Shown here: one piece after another, positions 1-10,383 of the stretch
Position numbering within the stretch: the stretch's first letter is position 1
Layout of the letters: each line of letters begins with the position of its first letter
NCBI GenBank assembly: GCA_964237295.1
Contig: CAXSIE010000001.1
Span: forward strand, 2,137-33,253
Direction of reading: 5' to 3'
DNA length: 31,117 nucleotides
Origin: an uncultured Flavihumibacter sp.
GTDB lineage: Bacteria > Bacteroidota > Bacteroidia > Chitinophagales > Chitinophagaceae
The notes under the pieces: generated by a model
Database searches by the model: none
What the model was told of the DNA's origin: nothing
Seen by the model: the letters and a program-made list of their open reading frames with translations, nothing else
Program-made: the position numbers and the translations under genes

Positions 1-1038
1 TGGCTGGCTTTTTTCATCCTGCCCTATCCTAATAGCCGTGGCCCTGTATGGGTAAATTTTAATTCACCACTTCTTTGGGATGTATTTGCGATTTCAACTT
101 ATTTTACTGTTTCATTATTGTTCTGGTATAGCGGACTGTTGCCTGATCTTGCTACTGTCCGCGACCGTGCAAAATTAAAATGGAGAAAGTTCATGTACGG
201 ACTTTTATCCTTCGGTTGGTCGGGAAGTACCAAACACTGGCAGCGGCACGAAAGTTTATCCCTGGTGCTTGCCGGCCTGAGTACCCCGCTGGTATTATCA
301 GTTCACACAATTGTATCATTTGACTTTGCCACCTCGGTGATTCCCGGCTGGCATACTACCATATTTCCACCTTATTTTGTTGCCGGTGCGGTGTTTTCAG
401 GATTTGCCATGGTGCAGACCTTGTTATTAATAACCCGCAGGGTATTGGGATTGGAAGATTATATTACTTTAAACCACATCGATGTGATGAATAAGGTAAT
501 TCTTTTAACAGGTTCCATTGTAGGGGTTGCCTATCTGACCGAACTGTTTATTGCCTGGTACGGGCAAAACGGTTATGAGTGGTATGCATTCAGTCAGAAC
601 AGGGCCAATCCTTTCTCTCCATATGGATGGAGTTACTGGCTGATGATGGGCTGTAATGTTCTCTCGCCACAGATATTCTGGTTTCGCAAAATGAGAAGGA
701 GTATATCGGTTACCTTCTTTATGTCTATCCTCATTAATATAGGCATGTGGTTCGAACGTTTTGTAATTGTTGTTACATCCGTTTACAGGGATTACCTTCC
801 AAGCAGTTGGGCAACATATTATACACCTTCCATATGGGAAGTGGGTTTTTATATGGGAACCTTTGGATTATTTTTTACCTGTTTCTTCCTGTTTGCTAAA
901 TTCTTCCCTGTAATTGCCGTTGCTGAAATCAAGCATATACTTAAGAAATCAGGCGAAAATTATAAAGACAAAATGGATGGAATCGAATCACAAAAAGCGG
1001 AAGTTTTTTACTCGGAAACACATAGTGCACATCATTAG
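1..1038 (+). CDS. actC: Alternative complex III subunit ActC (NrfD/polysulfide reductase membrane family), 5'-truncated by window edge
   Basis: Frame is open from base 1 ([38 protein letters not shown]...). Contains NrfD-type [24 protein letters not shown] and GMWFERF motifs; followed by actD/E/F. Confidence 0.93.
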   Translation, partial: WLAFFILPYPNSRGPVWVNFNSPLLWDVFAISTYFTVSLLFWYSGLLPDLATVRDRAKLKWRKFMYGLLSFGWSGSTKHWQRHESLSLVLAGLSTPLVLSVHTIVSFDFATSVIPGWHTTIFPPYFVAGAVFSGFAMVQTLLLITRRVLGLEDYITLNHIDVMNKVILLTGSIVGVAYLTELFIAWYGQNGYEWYAFSQNRANPFSPYGWSYWLMMGCNVLSPQIFWFRKMRRSISVTFFMSILINIGMWFERFVIVVTSVYRDYLPSSWATYYTPSIWEVGFYMGTFGLFFTCFFLFAKFFPVIAVAEIKHILKKSGENYKDKMDGIESQKAEVFYSETHSAHH

Positions 1039-1061
1039 TATTAATAAAAGAACCTCTTAAT

Positions 1062-1652
1062 ATGAGTGTAAAAAAATTTGTAGTCGGCTGTTTTGATAAT
1101 GAAGATGTTTTATTTCCGGCAGTTAAAAAAGTACGTAAAGCTGGTTATAAGATTTATGATATTTATACTCCAATGCCCATTCATGGTTTGGATAGTGCTA
1201 TGGGTCTTCGTGATACAAGCCTGCATACTGCCGGCTTTATTTACGGTATTTCAGGAACTATAACTGCACTTTCCTGTATGACATGGGTTTTTACATCAGA
1301 CTGGCCTTTAAACATCGGAGGTAAACCTCACTTTGCGCTTCCGGCATGGATACCCATTACCTTCGAGCTAACAGTTTTATTTGCTGCAGTAGGAATGGTA
1401 CTTACATTCTGTTATCTATGCCAGATGGCACCATTCGTTAAAAAGCATCATTTCCATTTGCGTGCAACCGACGACCTGTTTGTAATGGTAATAGAATGTA
1501 CTGCTAAAACCAATGATGCGGAAGTAACCGGTTTTTTAAACAGCATAGGTTCCGTAGAAACGAATGTTCAGGAAGCGGAAACAGGCTGGTGGCTGGGAAG
1601 ATATGACAGGGAAAGCAAGCCGTTTGAGAAAAAAGGAATAATAACAGTTTAA
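1062..1652 (+). CDS. actD: Alternative complex III subunit ActD (DUF3341 family)
   Basis: YTPMPIHGLD and WPLNIGGKP..ALPAWIPITFELTVL motifs, two TM helices, position between actC and actE. Confidence 0.9.
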   Translation: MSVKKFVVGCFDNEDVLFPAVKKVRKAGYKIYDIYTPMPIHGLDSAMGLRDTSLHTAGFIYGISGTITALSCMTWVFTSDWPLNIGGKPHFALPAWIPITFELTVLFAAVGMVLTFCYLCQMAPFVKKHHFHLRATDDLFVMVIECTAKTNDAEVTGFLNSIGSVETNVQEAETGWWLGRYDRESKPFEKKGIITV

Positions 1653-1676
1653 ATTGAACGAACTTAACCACTACAG

Positions 1677-2357
1677 ATGAAGAAGCTATCCGTCATATCT
1701 TTGGTTTTAATTACAGTTTGTGTTATTGTAAGCTGTAGTGACATAAAACGTACGCGTGGAAGAGAGTACATGCCCGATATGGCCTATAGCCGGGCTTATG
1801 AAACCTATGCCCCTCACGAAATGCTGGCAGCACAAAATATTAACTATACTGCCATGCCGGTTGCCGGCACTATTAAAAGAGGGGAAGTATTTCCATTTCC
1901 TATTCCCAAAGATACAGATGGAGACAGTGTTAATTATAAAGCTGCAAGACAGGTAGTGAATCCACTACCCGCTTTGGATTCCATTCAGTTTAAAGAAGCT
2001 GAAAGAATGTATCTTATAAATTGCGGGATCTGCCATGGACCTAAATTAGATGGTAACGGTCCACTTTATAACGGTGGTAACGGTCCATACAGTGCTGCAC
2101 CAAAGAACCTGGTAGCGGATGCTGTTGTTTCTGTAATGCCTGAAGGGCAGATATTTTACTCCGTTACTTACGGTAAAGGCCAGATGGGTCCTTATGGTCC
2201 ACAGCTGTCAACAAGCCAGCGCTGGAGAATCGTTCATTACGTTAAGTCAAAACAGTTAGCAGCCAAGAATGGCGCTACTGAAGGTACTTCAGGAAGCGGA
2301 TCAGATTCAACAAGTACAAAAAAAGCCGGATCAGATTCTACTAAGGCTAAAAAATAA
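1677..2357 (+). CDS. actE: Alternative complex III monoheme cytochrome c lipoprotein ActE
   Basis: Lipobox-like VIVSC; single CxxCH (CGICH); YMPDM motif; distal Met in GKGQMG; operon position. Confidence 0.88.
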   Translation: MKKLSVISLVLITVCVIVSCSDIKRTRGREYMPDMAYSRAYETYAPHEMLAAQNINYTAMPVAGTIKRGEVFPFPIPKDTDGDSVNYKAARQVVNPLPALDSIQFKEAERMYLINCGICHGPKLDGNGPLYNGGNGPYSAAPKNLVADAVVSVMPEGQIFYSVTYGKGQMGPYGPQLSTSQRWRIVHYVKSKQLAAKNGATEGTSGSGSDSTSTKKAGSDSTKAKK

Positions 2358-2392
2358 ATGTTCATTAATCTTTTGATTATAAATTACTCAGA

Positions 2393-3610
2393 ATGGCTTT
2401 AAAAGAACAATTTCAAGTTAGCAGCAGGTATAAAACCTGGTCTCTTTCTTTATCAGGCGTTGGTGTGCTGTCTATACTGATTGGTTATTTTGTTTACGGA
2501 ACCGGCGATGAACATGCACAGGTTAGGTTCTGGTCTATGATGCTGCAGAACAGTGTATATTTTTTACTGGTAGTAAACGCATCCATGTTTTTTATATGCG
2601 CTACTACATTAGCGATGGGTGGCTGGCAGATGAGCTTCAGAAGGGTATCTGAAGCGATCTCAGTGGCCGTTATTCCTTTGGGAATTATTGCCTTTATAAT
2701 TCTTATGTCCTTGGTCTTCGGTAATCAGCATCATATCTACCATTGGTTAACCCCGAAAGGAGATAAGATACTGGAAGGTAAAAGCGGGTTCTTAAATCCT
2801 ACATTCTTTACAGTGTGGACGGTATTAAGTATAGGATTATGGATCGTACTGGGCCTGAGAATGAGGATGATCTCCAGGGAGCTTGACAACAATCCTATTC
2901 AATCAATAGAAGAAGGCAAAAAATATGTATTTAAAACAACAATATGGGCTGCCCTTTATCTTTTTTGGTTCGCGCTGACAGTGGCTTCCACAACTCCCTG
3001 GTTATGGTTGATGAGTATTGATGCTCATTGGTTTTCTACAATGTACAGCTGGTACACTTTTGCCAGCACTTTCGTAGCCGGCATTGCCTTGATAACACTT
3101 TTTGTGATTTATTTAAAAAATAAAGGCTACCTGGAACTGGTTAATGAAGAACACCTTCATGACCTAGGTAAATTTATGTTTGCATTTTCTATATTCTGGA
3201 CCTACCTGTGGTTTTCACAGTTTATGCTTATATGGTACGCTAACATACCGGAAGAAACAGTTTATTTTAAGCCACGGTTACAAGGTGCCTACCAGGGAAT
3301 ATTCTGGCTAAACCTGATCATAAACTTTCTGGCACCATTGTTAATCCTGATGAAGCGAAATTCAAAACGTAGTTATACTACTGTTACATTCATGGCCGTG
3401 TTCATTTTATTTGGTCACTGGCTTGACTTCTACCAGATGGTGTTTCCCGGCCCGGTAGGTAATCATTTAGAATTAAGTGTTCTGGATTTCGGTGTAGCGT
3501 TAGGGTTTATAGGGCTGATCATGTTTGTTACCGGCAGGGAGCTTAGTAAGCATTCATTATATGCAAAAAACCATCCTTTCTTTAAAGAAACGATTATACA
3601 CCATACATAA
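2393..3610 (+). CDS. actF: Alternative complex III membrane subunit ActF
   Basis: About 10 hydrophobic segments; WLMSIDAHWFSTMY and HDLGKFMFAFSIFWTYLWFSQFMLIWYANIPEE motifs. Confidence 0.88.
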   Translation: MALKEQFQVSSRYKTWSLSLSGVGVLSILIGYFVYGTGDEHAQVRFWSMMLQNSVYFLLVVNASMFFICATTLAMGGWQMSFRRVSEAISVAVIPLGIIAFIILMSLVFGNQHHIYHWLTPKGDKILEGKSGFLNPTFFTVWTVLSIGLWIVLGLRMRMISRELDNNPIQSIEEGKKYVFKTTIWAALYLFWFALTVASTTPWLWLMSIDAHWFSTMYSWYTFASTFVAGIALITLFVIYLKNKGYLELVNEEHLHDLGKFMFAFSIFWTYLWFSQFMLIWYANIPEETVYFKPRLQGAYQGIFWLNLIINFLAPLLILMKRNSKRSYTTVTFMAVFILFGHWLDFYQMVFPGPVGNHLELSVLDFGVALGFIGLIMFVTGRELSKHSLYAKNHPFFKETIIHHT

Positions 3611-3680
3611 CCATAACATTAAACAAAAAGCGCATATAGAAAAATTATTTAGAAACTTTGCAATAAATATTTGAAAGATA

Positions 3681-4757
3681 ATGTCAACCATTTTTTTGAT
3701 TGCGATCCTGTTGTTAGGCTTTCTGGTTACTTTTCAGATTGCTAAAGCCAGTGAATATGTAGGGATATTAAAAGGAGAGAAAAAGAATTTTGAACAGAAC
3801 AATCGTATCAACGGGTTCTTAATGATAGTGTTCCTGGTAATGGGATTGGTGGGTGTTTACTGGTGCAATGAACTTTTCAGGGGAAGGATACTGGGTTTTC
3901 CAGCTTCACAACACGGAGTGAAGATTGATAACATGTTGTATATCACGATAAGCTTAACAGGTGTGGTTTTCCTGATAACTCAGGTTTTGTTGTTCTGGTT
4001 TGCTTTTAAATATCAGTATTCTGAGAAGAGGAAAGCGTTTTATTTTCCTCATAATAACCGGCTTGAAGTTATATGGACCGTTGTGCCGGCAATAGCTTTG
4101 ACCGTACTGGTAGGTTTTGGCTTGTATTACTGGTACCAGATTACCGGCGATGCTCCGAAAGATTCCCAGATAGTTGAGATTACCGGGAAGCAATTCGGCT
4201 GGATATACAGATATCCGGGCAAGGATGGTATTTTCGGCAAAAAATATTATAAAAATATAGACGGAGCAAAAAACAATGAGCTTGGGATAATCTGGGATGA
4301 CCAGGCTTCCAGGGATGATCTTGTTACAACCAGTGAAATGTATGTAATAGTTAACAAACCCCTTAAGCTGGTTATTAATTCAAGGGATGTAGTGCATGAT
4401 GTAGGTTTATCCCATTTTCGTTTGAAGATGGATGCTGTTCCGGGCACACCTACTACCTTATGGTTCACACCTTTATTTACCACGGAAGAAATGAGAGTGA
4501 AAACTGGAAAACCAGAATTTGAGTATGAAATTTCATGCGATCAGATGTGCGGAAAAGGCCATTACAGTATGAGAGGGATCATTAAAGTGGTAACGGCGGA
4601 TGAATTTTTCTTATGGAGAGCCAAACAAGTTCCCGCATATACCCAGGCAACACAAGGCTCTAATCCTGCATCATCCGGAAAAGATTCCGCAGCTGTAAAG
4701 ACTACGGCAGCGTTGCCGGCATTGGAACAGACAAAAATAGCAGCAGCAACGAATTAA
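3681..4757 (+). CDS. coxB: Cytochrome c oxidase subunit II (CuA)
   Basis: LEVIWTVVP, GKQFGW, DVVHD, KMDAVPG and CuA motif CDQMCGKGHYSM; no fused CxxCH domain. Confidence 0.95.
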   Translation: MSTIFLIAILLLGFLVTFQIAKASEYVGILKGEKKNFEQNNRINGFLMIVFLVMGLVGVYWCNELFRGRILGFPASQHGVKIDNMLYITISLTGVVFLITQVLLFWFAFKYQYSEKRKAFYFPHNNRLEVIWTVVPAIALTVLVGFGLYYWYQITGDAPKDSQIVEITGKQFGWIYRYPGKDGIFGKKYYKNIDGAKNNELGIIWDDQASRDDLVTTSEMYVIVNKPLKLVINSRDVVHDVGLSHFRLKMDAVPGTPTTLWFTPLFTTEEMRVKTGKPEFEYEISCDQMCGKGHYSMRGIIKVVTADEFFLWRAKQVPAYTQATQGSNPASSGKDSAAVKTTAALPALEQTKIAAATN

Positions 4758-4800
4758 TAAAATTAAACTTACAAGAGAGGCCAGCTATAAAAGATAAAAT

Positions 4801-6621
4801 ATGAGTAACGAAACCGAATTACAATTAAACCCGGAGATTGCCCTCCACGAGGTTCATCACGATGAAGAGCATCATGTTCATCATAAGGAAACTTTTATTA
4901 CAAAATATGTTTTTAGCCAGGATCATAAAATGATTTGTAAACAGTTCCTTATTACAGGAATGATCTGGGCAGTTATTGGAGGTTCTTTTTCTGTGCTGTT
5001 CCGTTTACAATTAGCATATCCTGATCAAAACTTTCCATTTCTTGAAGATCTACTGGGTCATTGGGCAAAAGGTGGCAGGATAGCCCCGGAATTTTATTAT
5101 GCTTTGGTAACCATGCACGGGACCGTACTGGTATTCTTTGTACTAACAGGTGGATTAAGCGGAACATTTGCCAATTTTCTAATACCGTTACAAATTGGCG
5201 CCAGGGATATGGCTTCCCCTTTTATGAACATGTTGTCTTATTGGTTCTTCTGGGCGGCAAGTGTAGTGATGATATCTTCATTGTTTATTCAAACAGGACC
5301 TGCAAGCGGCGGTTGGACATCTTATCCACCTCTGAGCGCTTTAGGTGCAGCTTCCGATGGATCCAAAGCCGGAATGGATTTCTGGATAATCAGTATGGCA
5401 TTATTCGTTGTTTCTTCCTTACTGGGCGGACTGAACTATATTTCCACTATTCTTAATATGCGTACCAAGGGTATGAGCATGACTAGGATACCATTGACAA
5501 TATGGGCTTTGTTCTTTACAGCCATTCTGGGAGTTTTGTCTTTTCCGGTTTTACTGTCAGGGTTTATACTTTTGTTGTTTGACCGTCATGGAGGAACAAG
5601 TTTCTATTTATCTGATATTTATATTGCCAATACCAATACTGCTTTACCTAATGAAGGTGGAAGCGCTATTTTATACCAACACTTGTTTTGGTTTCTTGGA
5701 CATCCGGAAGTATATATTATCATATTACCGGCAATGGGAATTGTATCGGAAGTAATGAGTATAAACGCCCGTAAACCGATCTTTGGTTATATGGCAATGA
5801 TCGGATCGCTGTTTGCCATTACCATCCTTGCCTTCCTTGTTTGGGCGCATCATATGTTCGTAACCGGTTTGAATCCTTTTCTTGGTTCTGTATTCGTTTT
5901 GCTTACCCTGTTGATAGCTGTTCCATCAGCAATCAAAGTATTTAACTGGATAACAACATTATGGCGAGGGAATATTCGTTTTACACCGGGAATGTTATTT
6001 TCAATAGGTTTTGTGAGCATGTTTATTTCAGGTGGCTTAACGGGTATATTCCTGGGTAATTCTACATTAGACATACACCTCCATGATACTTACTTTGTAG
6101 TGGCTCACTTTCATATAGTGATGGGAGTATCCGCTTTCTTTGGAATGTTCGCAGGCGTTTATCATTGGTTCCCTAAAATGTATGGTAGGTATTTAAATAA
6201 CACTATGGCCTATATACATTTTTGGGTAACATTGATTGGAGCCTACCTGATTTTCTGGCCTATGCATTATGAAGGACTCGCAGGTATGCCCAGACGTTAT
6301 TACGATTTTAGTCCTTGGATTTCCTTCAATAACTTCCAGGGTTTAAACAGGTTTATTTCAATTGTTTCCATGATAGTTTTTGCAGTGCAATTATTGTTTT
6401 TGTTTAACTTCTTCTATTCAATTTTTAAGGGAAGAAAAGTAAAAACACAAAATCCTTGGGGAGCTACAACATTGGAGTGGACCGCACCTATCCGTCCGGG
6501 ACATGGTAACTGGGTTGGTGAAATTCCCGAAGTACATCGCTGGGCTTATGATTATGGTAAGGATGGAAGGGAATTCGTACCTCAGACAGAAAAAGTAGGT
6601 GTAAATGAAGTTAAACATTAA
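4801..6621 (+). CDS. coxA: Cytochrome c oxidase subunit I, A1-type
   Basis: TMHG, HLFWFLGHPEVY (A1-type GHPEV), WAHHM, HFH, GMPRRY; D-pathway Asp (GARDMA) and K-pathway Lys (PSAIKVF). Confidence 0.97.
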   Translation: MSNETELQLNPEIALHEVHHDEEHHVHHKETFITKYVFSQDHKMICKQFLITGMIWAVIGGSFSVLFRLQLAYPDQNFPFLEDLLGHWAKGGRIAPEFYYALVTMHGTVLVFFVLTGGLSGTFANFLIPLQIGARDMASPFMNMLSYWFFWAASVVMISSLFIQTGPASGGWTSYPPLSALGAASDGSKAGMDFWIISMALFVVSSLLGGLNYISTILNMRTKGMSMTRIPLTIWALFFTAILGVLSFPVLLSGFILLLFDRHGGTSFYLSDIYIANTNTALPNEGGSAILYQHLFWFLGHPEVYIIILPAMGIVSEVMSINARKPIFGYMAMIGSLFAITILAFLVWAHHMFVTGLNPFLGSVFVLLTLLIAVPSAIKVFNWITTLWRGNIRFTPGMLFSIGFVSMFISGGLTGIFLGNSTLDIHLHDTYFVVAHFHIVMGVSAFFGMFAGVYHWFPKMYGRYLNNTMAYIHFWVTLIGAYLIFWPMHYEGLAGMPRRYYDFSPWISFNNFQGLNRFISIVSMIVFAVQLLFLFNFFYSIFKGRKVKTQNPWGATTLEWTAPIRPGHGNWVGEIPEVHRWAYDYGKDGREFVPQTEKVGVNEVKH

Positions 6622-6665
6622 AAGGTACCGGTATCAGGGATAAAAGGCAGGTTTCTACAAGTAAT

Positions 6666-6695
6666 AAAATGCCCTGACAATTATCAGGGCATTTT
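6666..6695 (+). terminator. Intrinsic terminator-like hairpin after coxA
   Basis: Perfect 12-bp IR AAAATGCCCTGA-caatta-TCAGGGCATTTT with A/T tails on both sides. Confidence 0.75.
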
Positions 6696-6743
6696 GCTCT
6701 TAAACAGGTTTAAAATTAAAAGACAGGAACTTAACATTATTAA

Positions 6744-7691
6744 ATGAATGAGATTCACCAAATAAAAGCTAATCCTTACATATTGAAGCAACAAGACAAT
6801 GTAATGAATTCGGGCTCCTTTACAGTTGCCAGTAAACTGCGGGATTACATGATGTTGGTTAAATTCAGCCTGAGTTTTATGGTCGTTTTTTCAGCGGTAA
6901 TCAGCTATCTAATGGTTCCCGGGATTGTTGAGTTTAATGTAAAAATGATTTTATTGCTTTTTACAGGTGGCTTCCTGGTAACCGGAAGTGCTAATACCAT
7001 TAACCAGATCACTGAAAAAAATACAGATGCTATGATGAAGCGGACTGCTAAACGTCCGATAGCTTCAGGCAGAATGAGTGAGAAAGAAGGATGGGCTTTT
7101 GCAATAATTACCGGAACTATGGGAATATTGCTTCTCTGGTATTACTTTAATGGGATATCTGCCGCACTGGCTGCCTTTAGTTTGTTCTTATATGCGTTTA
7201 TCTACACGCCTCTGAAAAAAGTTAATTCTATTTCGGTTTTGGTGGGAGCTATTCCCGGTGCGCTTCCATGTTTGATCGGATGGGCGGCAGGTAACGACGG
7301 ACTTAGCGCAGGTGGCTGGGTATTGTTTGCGATTCAGTTCTTTTGGCAATTTCCACATTTTTGGGCTATAGCATGGATTGCGCACAAGGATTACACAAAT
7401 GCAGGTTTTAAATTGCTGCCATCAGTCCAGGGCCCGACAAAATATTCTGCAATACAGTCAATAATATATTCATTGTTTCTGGTACCCGTTGGAATTTTGC
7501 CTTATTTTTTTGGAATGAGTACATTTCCAAGCGTTTGGATTTTGTTGGTTGCAAACTTGTTCATGGTTTATCAATGTGTTAGGCTTTACAGGGAAATGGA
7601 GATAAAGGCAGCAAGAAGGGTAATGTTCAGCAGTTACATTTACCTGCCTATAGTTTTATTAGCTTTGCTGGCTTTTAAACTGCATAATTAA
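6744..7691 (+). CDS. cyoE: Protoheme IX farnesyltransferase (heme O synthase)
   Basis: NQITEKNTDAMMKRTAKRP (UbiA family), YTPLKK, GAIPGALP and WQFPHFWAIAW. Confidence 0.96.
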   Translation: MNEIHQIKANPYILKQQDNVMNSGSFTVASKLRDYMMLVKFSLSFMVVFSAVISYLMVPGIVEFNVKMILLLFTGGFLVTGSANTINQITEKNTDAMMKRTAKRPIASGRMSEKEGWAFAIITGTMGILLLWYYFNGISAALAAFSLFLYAFIYTPLKKVNSISVLVGAIPGALPCLIGWAAGNDGLSAGGWVLFAIQFFWQFPHFWAIAWIAHKDYTNAGFKLLPSVQGPTKYSAIQSIIYSLFLVPVGILPYFFGMSTFPSVWILLVANLFMVYQCVRLYREMEIKAARRVMFSSYIYLPIVLLALLAFKLHN

Positions 7692-7781
7692 AATGTAAAA
7701 ACTTTGATACTTTTAGAAAATTTATCAAATTTTGTTGGGTAAATTAAAGGTCTCGATAAAAACAAAAAGGTTATAAGTGTT

Positions 7782-8354
7782 ATGGATATTGCTATGAATA
7801 GTGATTCACAAAGAAAAAAAATTCATCCGCATAAATTTACTTTATGGGTAGCCATTGGAAGTATTATTATGATGTTCGCAGGTTTAACAAGTGCTTATAT
7901 TGTAAAAAGTAACCAACCAAAATGGCTCACATTTGAAATGCCACGCATATTTTGGTATTCAACAGCGGTTATCTTATTAAGCAGCCTTACCATGCAAATG
8001 GCTTTAAAGGAGTTTAAGGATAGAAGAATAAATAAATATCGTAACCTGATCACTGTTACACTTTTTTTAGGAATATTATTTATAGTGATGCAATGTCTGG
8101 GATTTTCGCAGATATGGACTACCGGGGTGACTTTATCCGGATCGGGGGCGGCACCGTTTATGTATGTGATTTTTGGGCTCCATGGCGTGCACGTTGCAGG
8201 AGGTATAATCGCTTTATTGATCATGTTCCTGAAAGGATTAAGTACTAGGAGAAGAAGCTATAATCCGGTACCTGTGGAAGTGATCAGTACCTACTGGCAT
8301 TTTGTAGATGTTCTTTGGATTTATTTGTTTGTTTTCTTTATGTTTATACAATAA
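7782..8354 (+). CDS. ctaE: Cytochrome c oxidase subunit III-like (first homolog)
   Basis: MMFAGLTSAY, FGLHGVHV and YWHFVDVLWIYL. Confidence 0.9.
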   Translation: MDIAMNSDSQRKKIHPHKFTLWVAIGSIIMMFAGLTSAYIVKSNQPKWLTFEMPRIFWYSTAVILLSSLTMQMALKEFKDRRINKYRNLITVTLFLGILFIVMQCLGFSQIWTTGVTLSGSGAAPFMYVIFGLHGVHVAGGIIALLIMFLKGLSTRRRSYNPVPVEVISTYWHFVDVLWIYLFVFFMFIQ

Positions 8355-8431
8355 ACCAGCGAAGTTTTTAATAAAAGAAGATACAATTTAACGTTAGTCA
8401 ATTAAATTTGTGAACTACTTAAACAGACAAC

Positions 8432-9106
8432 ATGGCAACAGCAGTACCAGTAGAACAAAAGTGGTGGAGTGGCGGAAGAAGCCCTTTTAATATTGAGTAT
8501 GGTAAATTGATGATGTGGTATTTTTTGATGAGTGACGCCTTTACTTTTGGTGCCTTCCTGATATCCTACGGAACAATCCGTTTCTCCAGTAATGACTGGC
8601 CCAGTCCGAACGATGTCTTCTCTTCTTTTCCTTTAATGGGACATACTCATTTACCCCTTGTTTTCGTAAGTTTAATGACGTTTATTCTGATAATGAGTTC
8701 GGTAACAATGGTACTGGCTGTAGCATCAGGACATAATAATGACAGGGCCGGAGTAATGAAATGGATGGTATGGACAATAATTGGTGGTATAGCTTTTTTA
8801 AGTTGCCAGGCATGGGAATGGACACATCTATATCATGAAGGTGCCTGGTGGGGAAGTAACCCTTTTCTGAATTTTGGCGGATCAAAAGCTTCTACCAATT
8901 TTACCAACTTCTTTTTTACAATTACGGGCTTTCATGGTTTTCACGTTTTTTCAGGTGTTATCATAAACATCATTATGCTGATAATGACCTATACAGGCGT
9001 TTTTGATAGGAGAGGCCATTATAATATGATTGAAAAAGCCGGATTGTACTGGCACTTTGTTGACCTGGTCTGGGTTTTTGTATTTACCTGTTTTTACCTG
9101 TTTTAA
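8432..9106 (+). CDS. Cytochrome c oxidase subunit III-like (second homolog)
   Basis: GKLMMWYFLMSDAFTFG, ITGFHGFHV and GLYWHFVDLVWVFVF. Confidence 0.9.
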   Translation: MATAVPVEQKWWSGGRSPFNIEYGKLMMWYFLMSDAFTFGAFLISYGTIRFSSNDWPSPNDVFSSFPLMGHTHLPLVFVSLMTFILIMSSVTMVLAVASGHNNDRAGVMKWMVWTIIGGIAFLSCQAWEWTHLYHEGAWWGSNPFLNFGGSKASTNFTNFFFTITGFHGFHVFSGVIINIIMLIMTYTGVFDRRGHYNMIEKAGLYWHFVDLVWVFVFTCFYLF

Positions 9107-9128
9107 TAACGACTTAAATAATTAATAT

Positions 9129-9554
9129 ATGGAAAACGCACAAACATTAGTACATCATGGACATGCAGAACCATCATTTTCAACAAAAGCTATCTGGAGA
9201 ACATTTTGGATACTGTTAATAATTACCTGTATTGAGTTAACGATCGGAATGTTTATAGCGCCACATTTTCATAACCTGAAAATAATGTTTAATATATTGT
9301 ATATATTTCTCACCCTTATTAAAGCTTTTTATATAGTGGCTGAATTCATGCACCTGCGTCATGAGCTTAGAAATCTGTTGATGACGATCCTGGTTCCACT
9401 ATTTTTATTCGGCTGGTTTATAGGAGCTTTTTTATGGGATGGCAATTCTTACAGAAATTTAAGGAACAACTATGATCCTTATAAAAAAGAACAGAGCCAG
9501 ATAAAAATTGAAAAGCATGAAACAGAGGCTAAAAAACCGGGAGAAATTGAATGA
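9129..9554 (+). CDS. Cytochrome c oxidase subunit IV family protein
   Basis: Three TM helices; KAFYIVAEFMHLRHE motif. Confidence 0.85.
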   Translation: MENAQTLVHHGHAEPSFSTKAIWRTFWILLIITCIELTIGMFIAPHFHNLKIMFNILYIFLTLIKAFYIVAEFMHLRHELRNLLMTILVPLFLFGWFIGAFLWDGNSYRNLRNNYDPYKKEQSQIKIEKHETEAKKPGEIE

Positions 9555-9588
9555 TAATTAAAAATTAACAATAATAAGTAAATACTTT

Positions 9589-9614
9589 AAACCATCGTCA
9601 CATGACGATGGTTT
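9589..9614 (+). terminator. Terminator-like hairpin between subunit IV and SCO
   Basis: Perfect IR AAACCATCGTC-acat-GACGATGGTTT followed by TTAATT. Confidence 0.7.
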
Positions 9615-9658
9615 TTAATTGGTATAAAACTTATACCCGGAGAAAACGGAATGTAGCT

Positions 9659-10378
9659 ATGAACAAGAAAGCATTATTGGCATTATGTATTGCTATTGTA
9701 TTGCCCGTGATAAGTTATTTATTGGTTAAGTATTACAGTGATGATGCAGTGATAATGCCATCACGGTATTATGCTGATTCAGTTATTACTAAAATAACGG
9801 ATGGCAAGGAAACAACGGATACAGCCTGGCATAAGGTTGATAATATTTCACTCACTAACCAATTAGGCAGGCAGGTATCTTTAAGCGATTTAAAAGATAA
9901 AGTGATAGTAGCAGATTTTTTCTTTACAAGATGTCCTTCTATATGTCCTACTTTAACCCGGAATATGAAAAAACTTCAGGATGCATTAAAAATTAAAGAT
10001 GAGTTAAGGGGAATAGATTCATCATTTATCCAGTTCATATCATTTACCGTAGATCCAGAAAGAGATTCGGCCAAAGTGCTCAAAAAATACGCTGACAAGT
10101 TTGGAGTTAATCCTGATATTTGGTGGATGCTGACCGGTGCTAAAAAGACTATTTATGATTTTGCTATTAATGAGTTGAAACTGGGTTTAATAGATGGAGG
10201 AACAGTTGATTCTAATTTTATCCATACCTCTAAATTTGTATTACTTGATAAAGACAGGGTTGTAAGAGGTTATTACGACGGAATGGATAGCCTGGCGCTT
10301 AATAAATTGGCAGGCGACCTGATATATATCATGCTCGAAAAAGACAAAAAGAAAAAACGAGATCTTTTTAGAAAATAA
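9659..10378 (+). CDS. SCO1/SenC copper chaperone
   Basis: FFTRCPSICP (CxxxC), FTVDPERD and distal FIHTSKF His; N-terminal anchor. Start moved to MNKK (9659) because the ORF-track ATG at 9602 lies inside the hairpin. Confidence 0.92.
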   Translation: MNKKALLALCIAIVLPVISYLLVKYYSDDAVIMPSRYYADSVITKITDGKETTDTAWHKVDNISLTNQLGRQVSLSDLKDKVIVADFFFTRCPSICPTLTRNMKKLQDALKIKDELRGIDSSFIQFISFTVDPERDSAKVLKKYADKFGVNPDIWWMLTGAKKTIYDFAINELKLGLIDGGTVDSNFIHTSKFVLLDKDRVVRGYYDGMDSLALNKLAGDLIYIMLEKDKKKKRDLFRK

Positions 10379-10383
10379 ATATT

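Noticed and set aside
4540-4575. CuA motif with Gln (CDQMC) instead of Glu
   Set aside because: This position ligates via the backbone carbonyl and varies in Bacteroidota; not unusual.
9602-9658. Extended SCO N-terminus
   Set aside because: The ATG lies in a terminator-like hairpin; MNKK at 9659 gives a normal membrane anchor.
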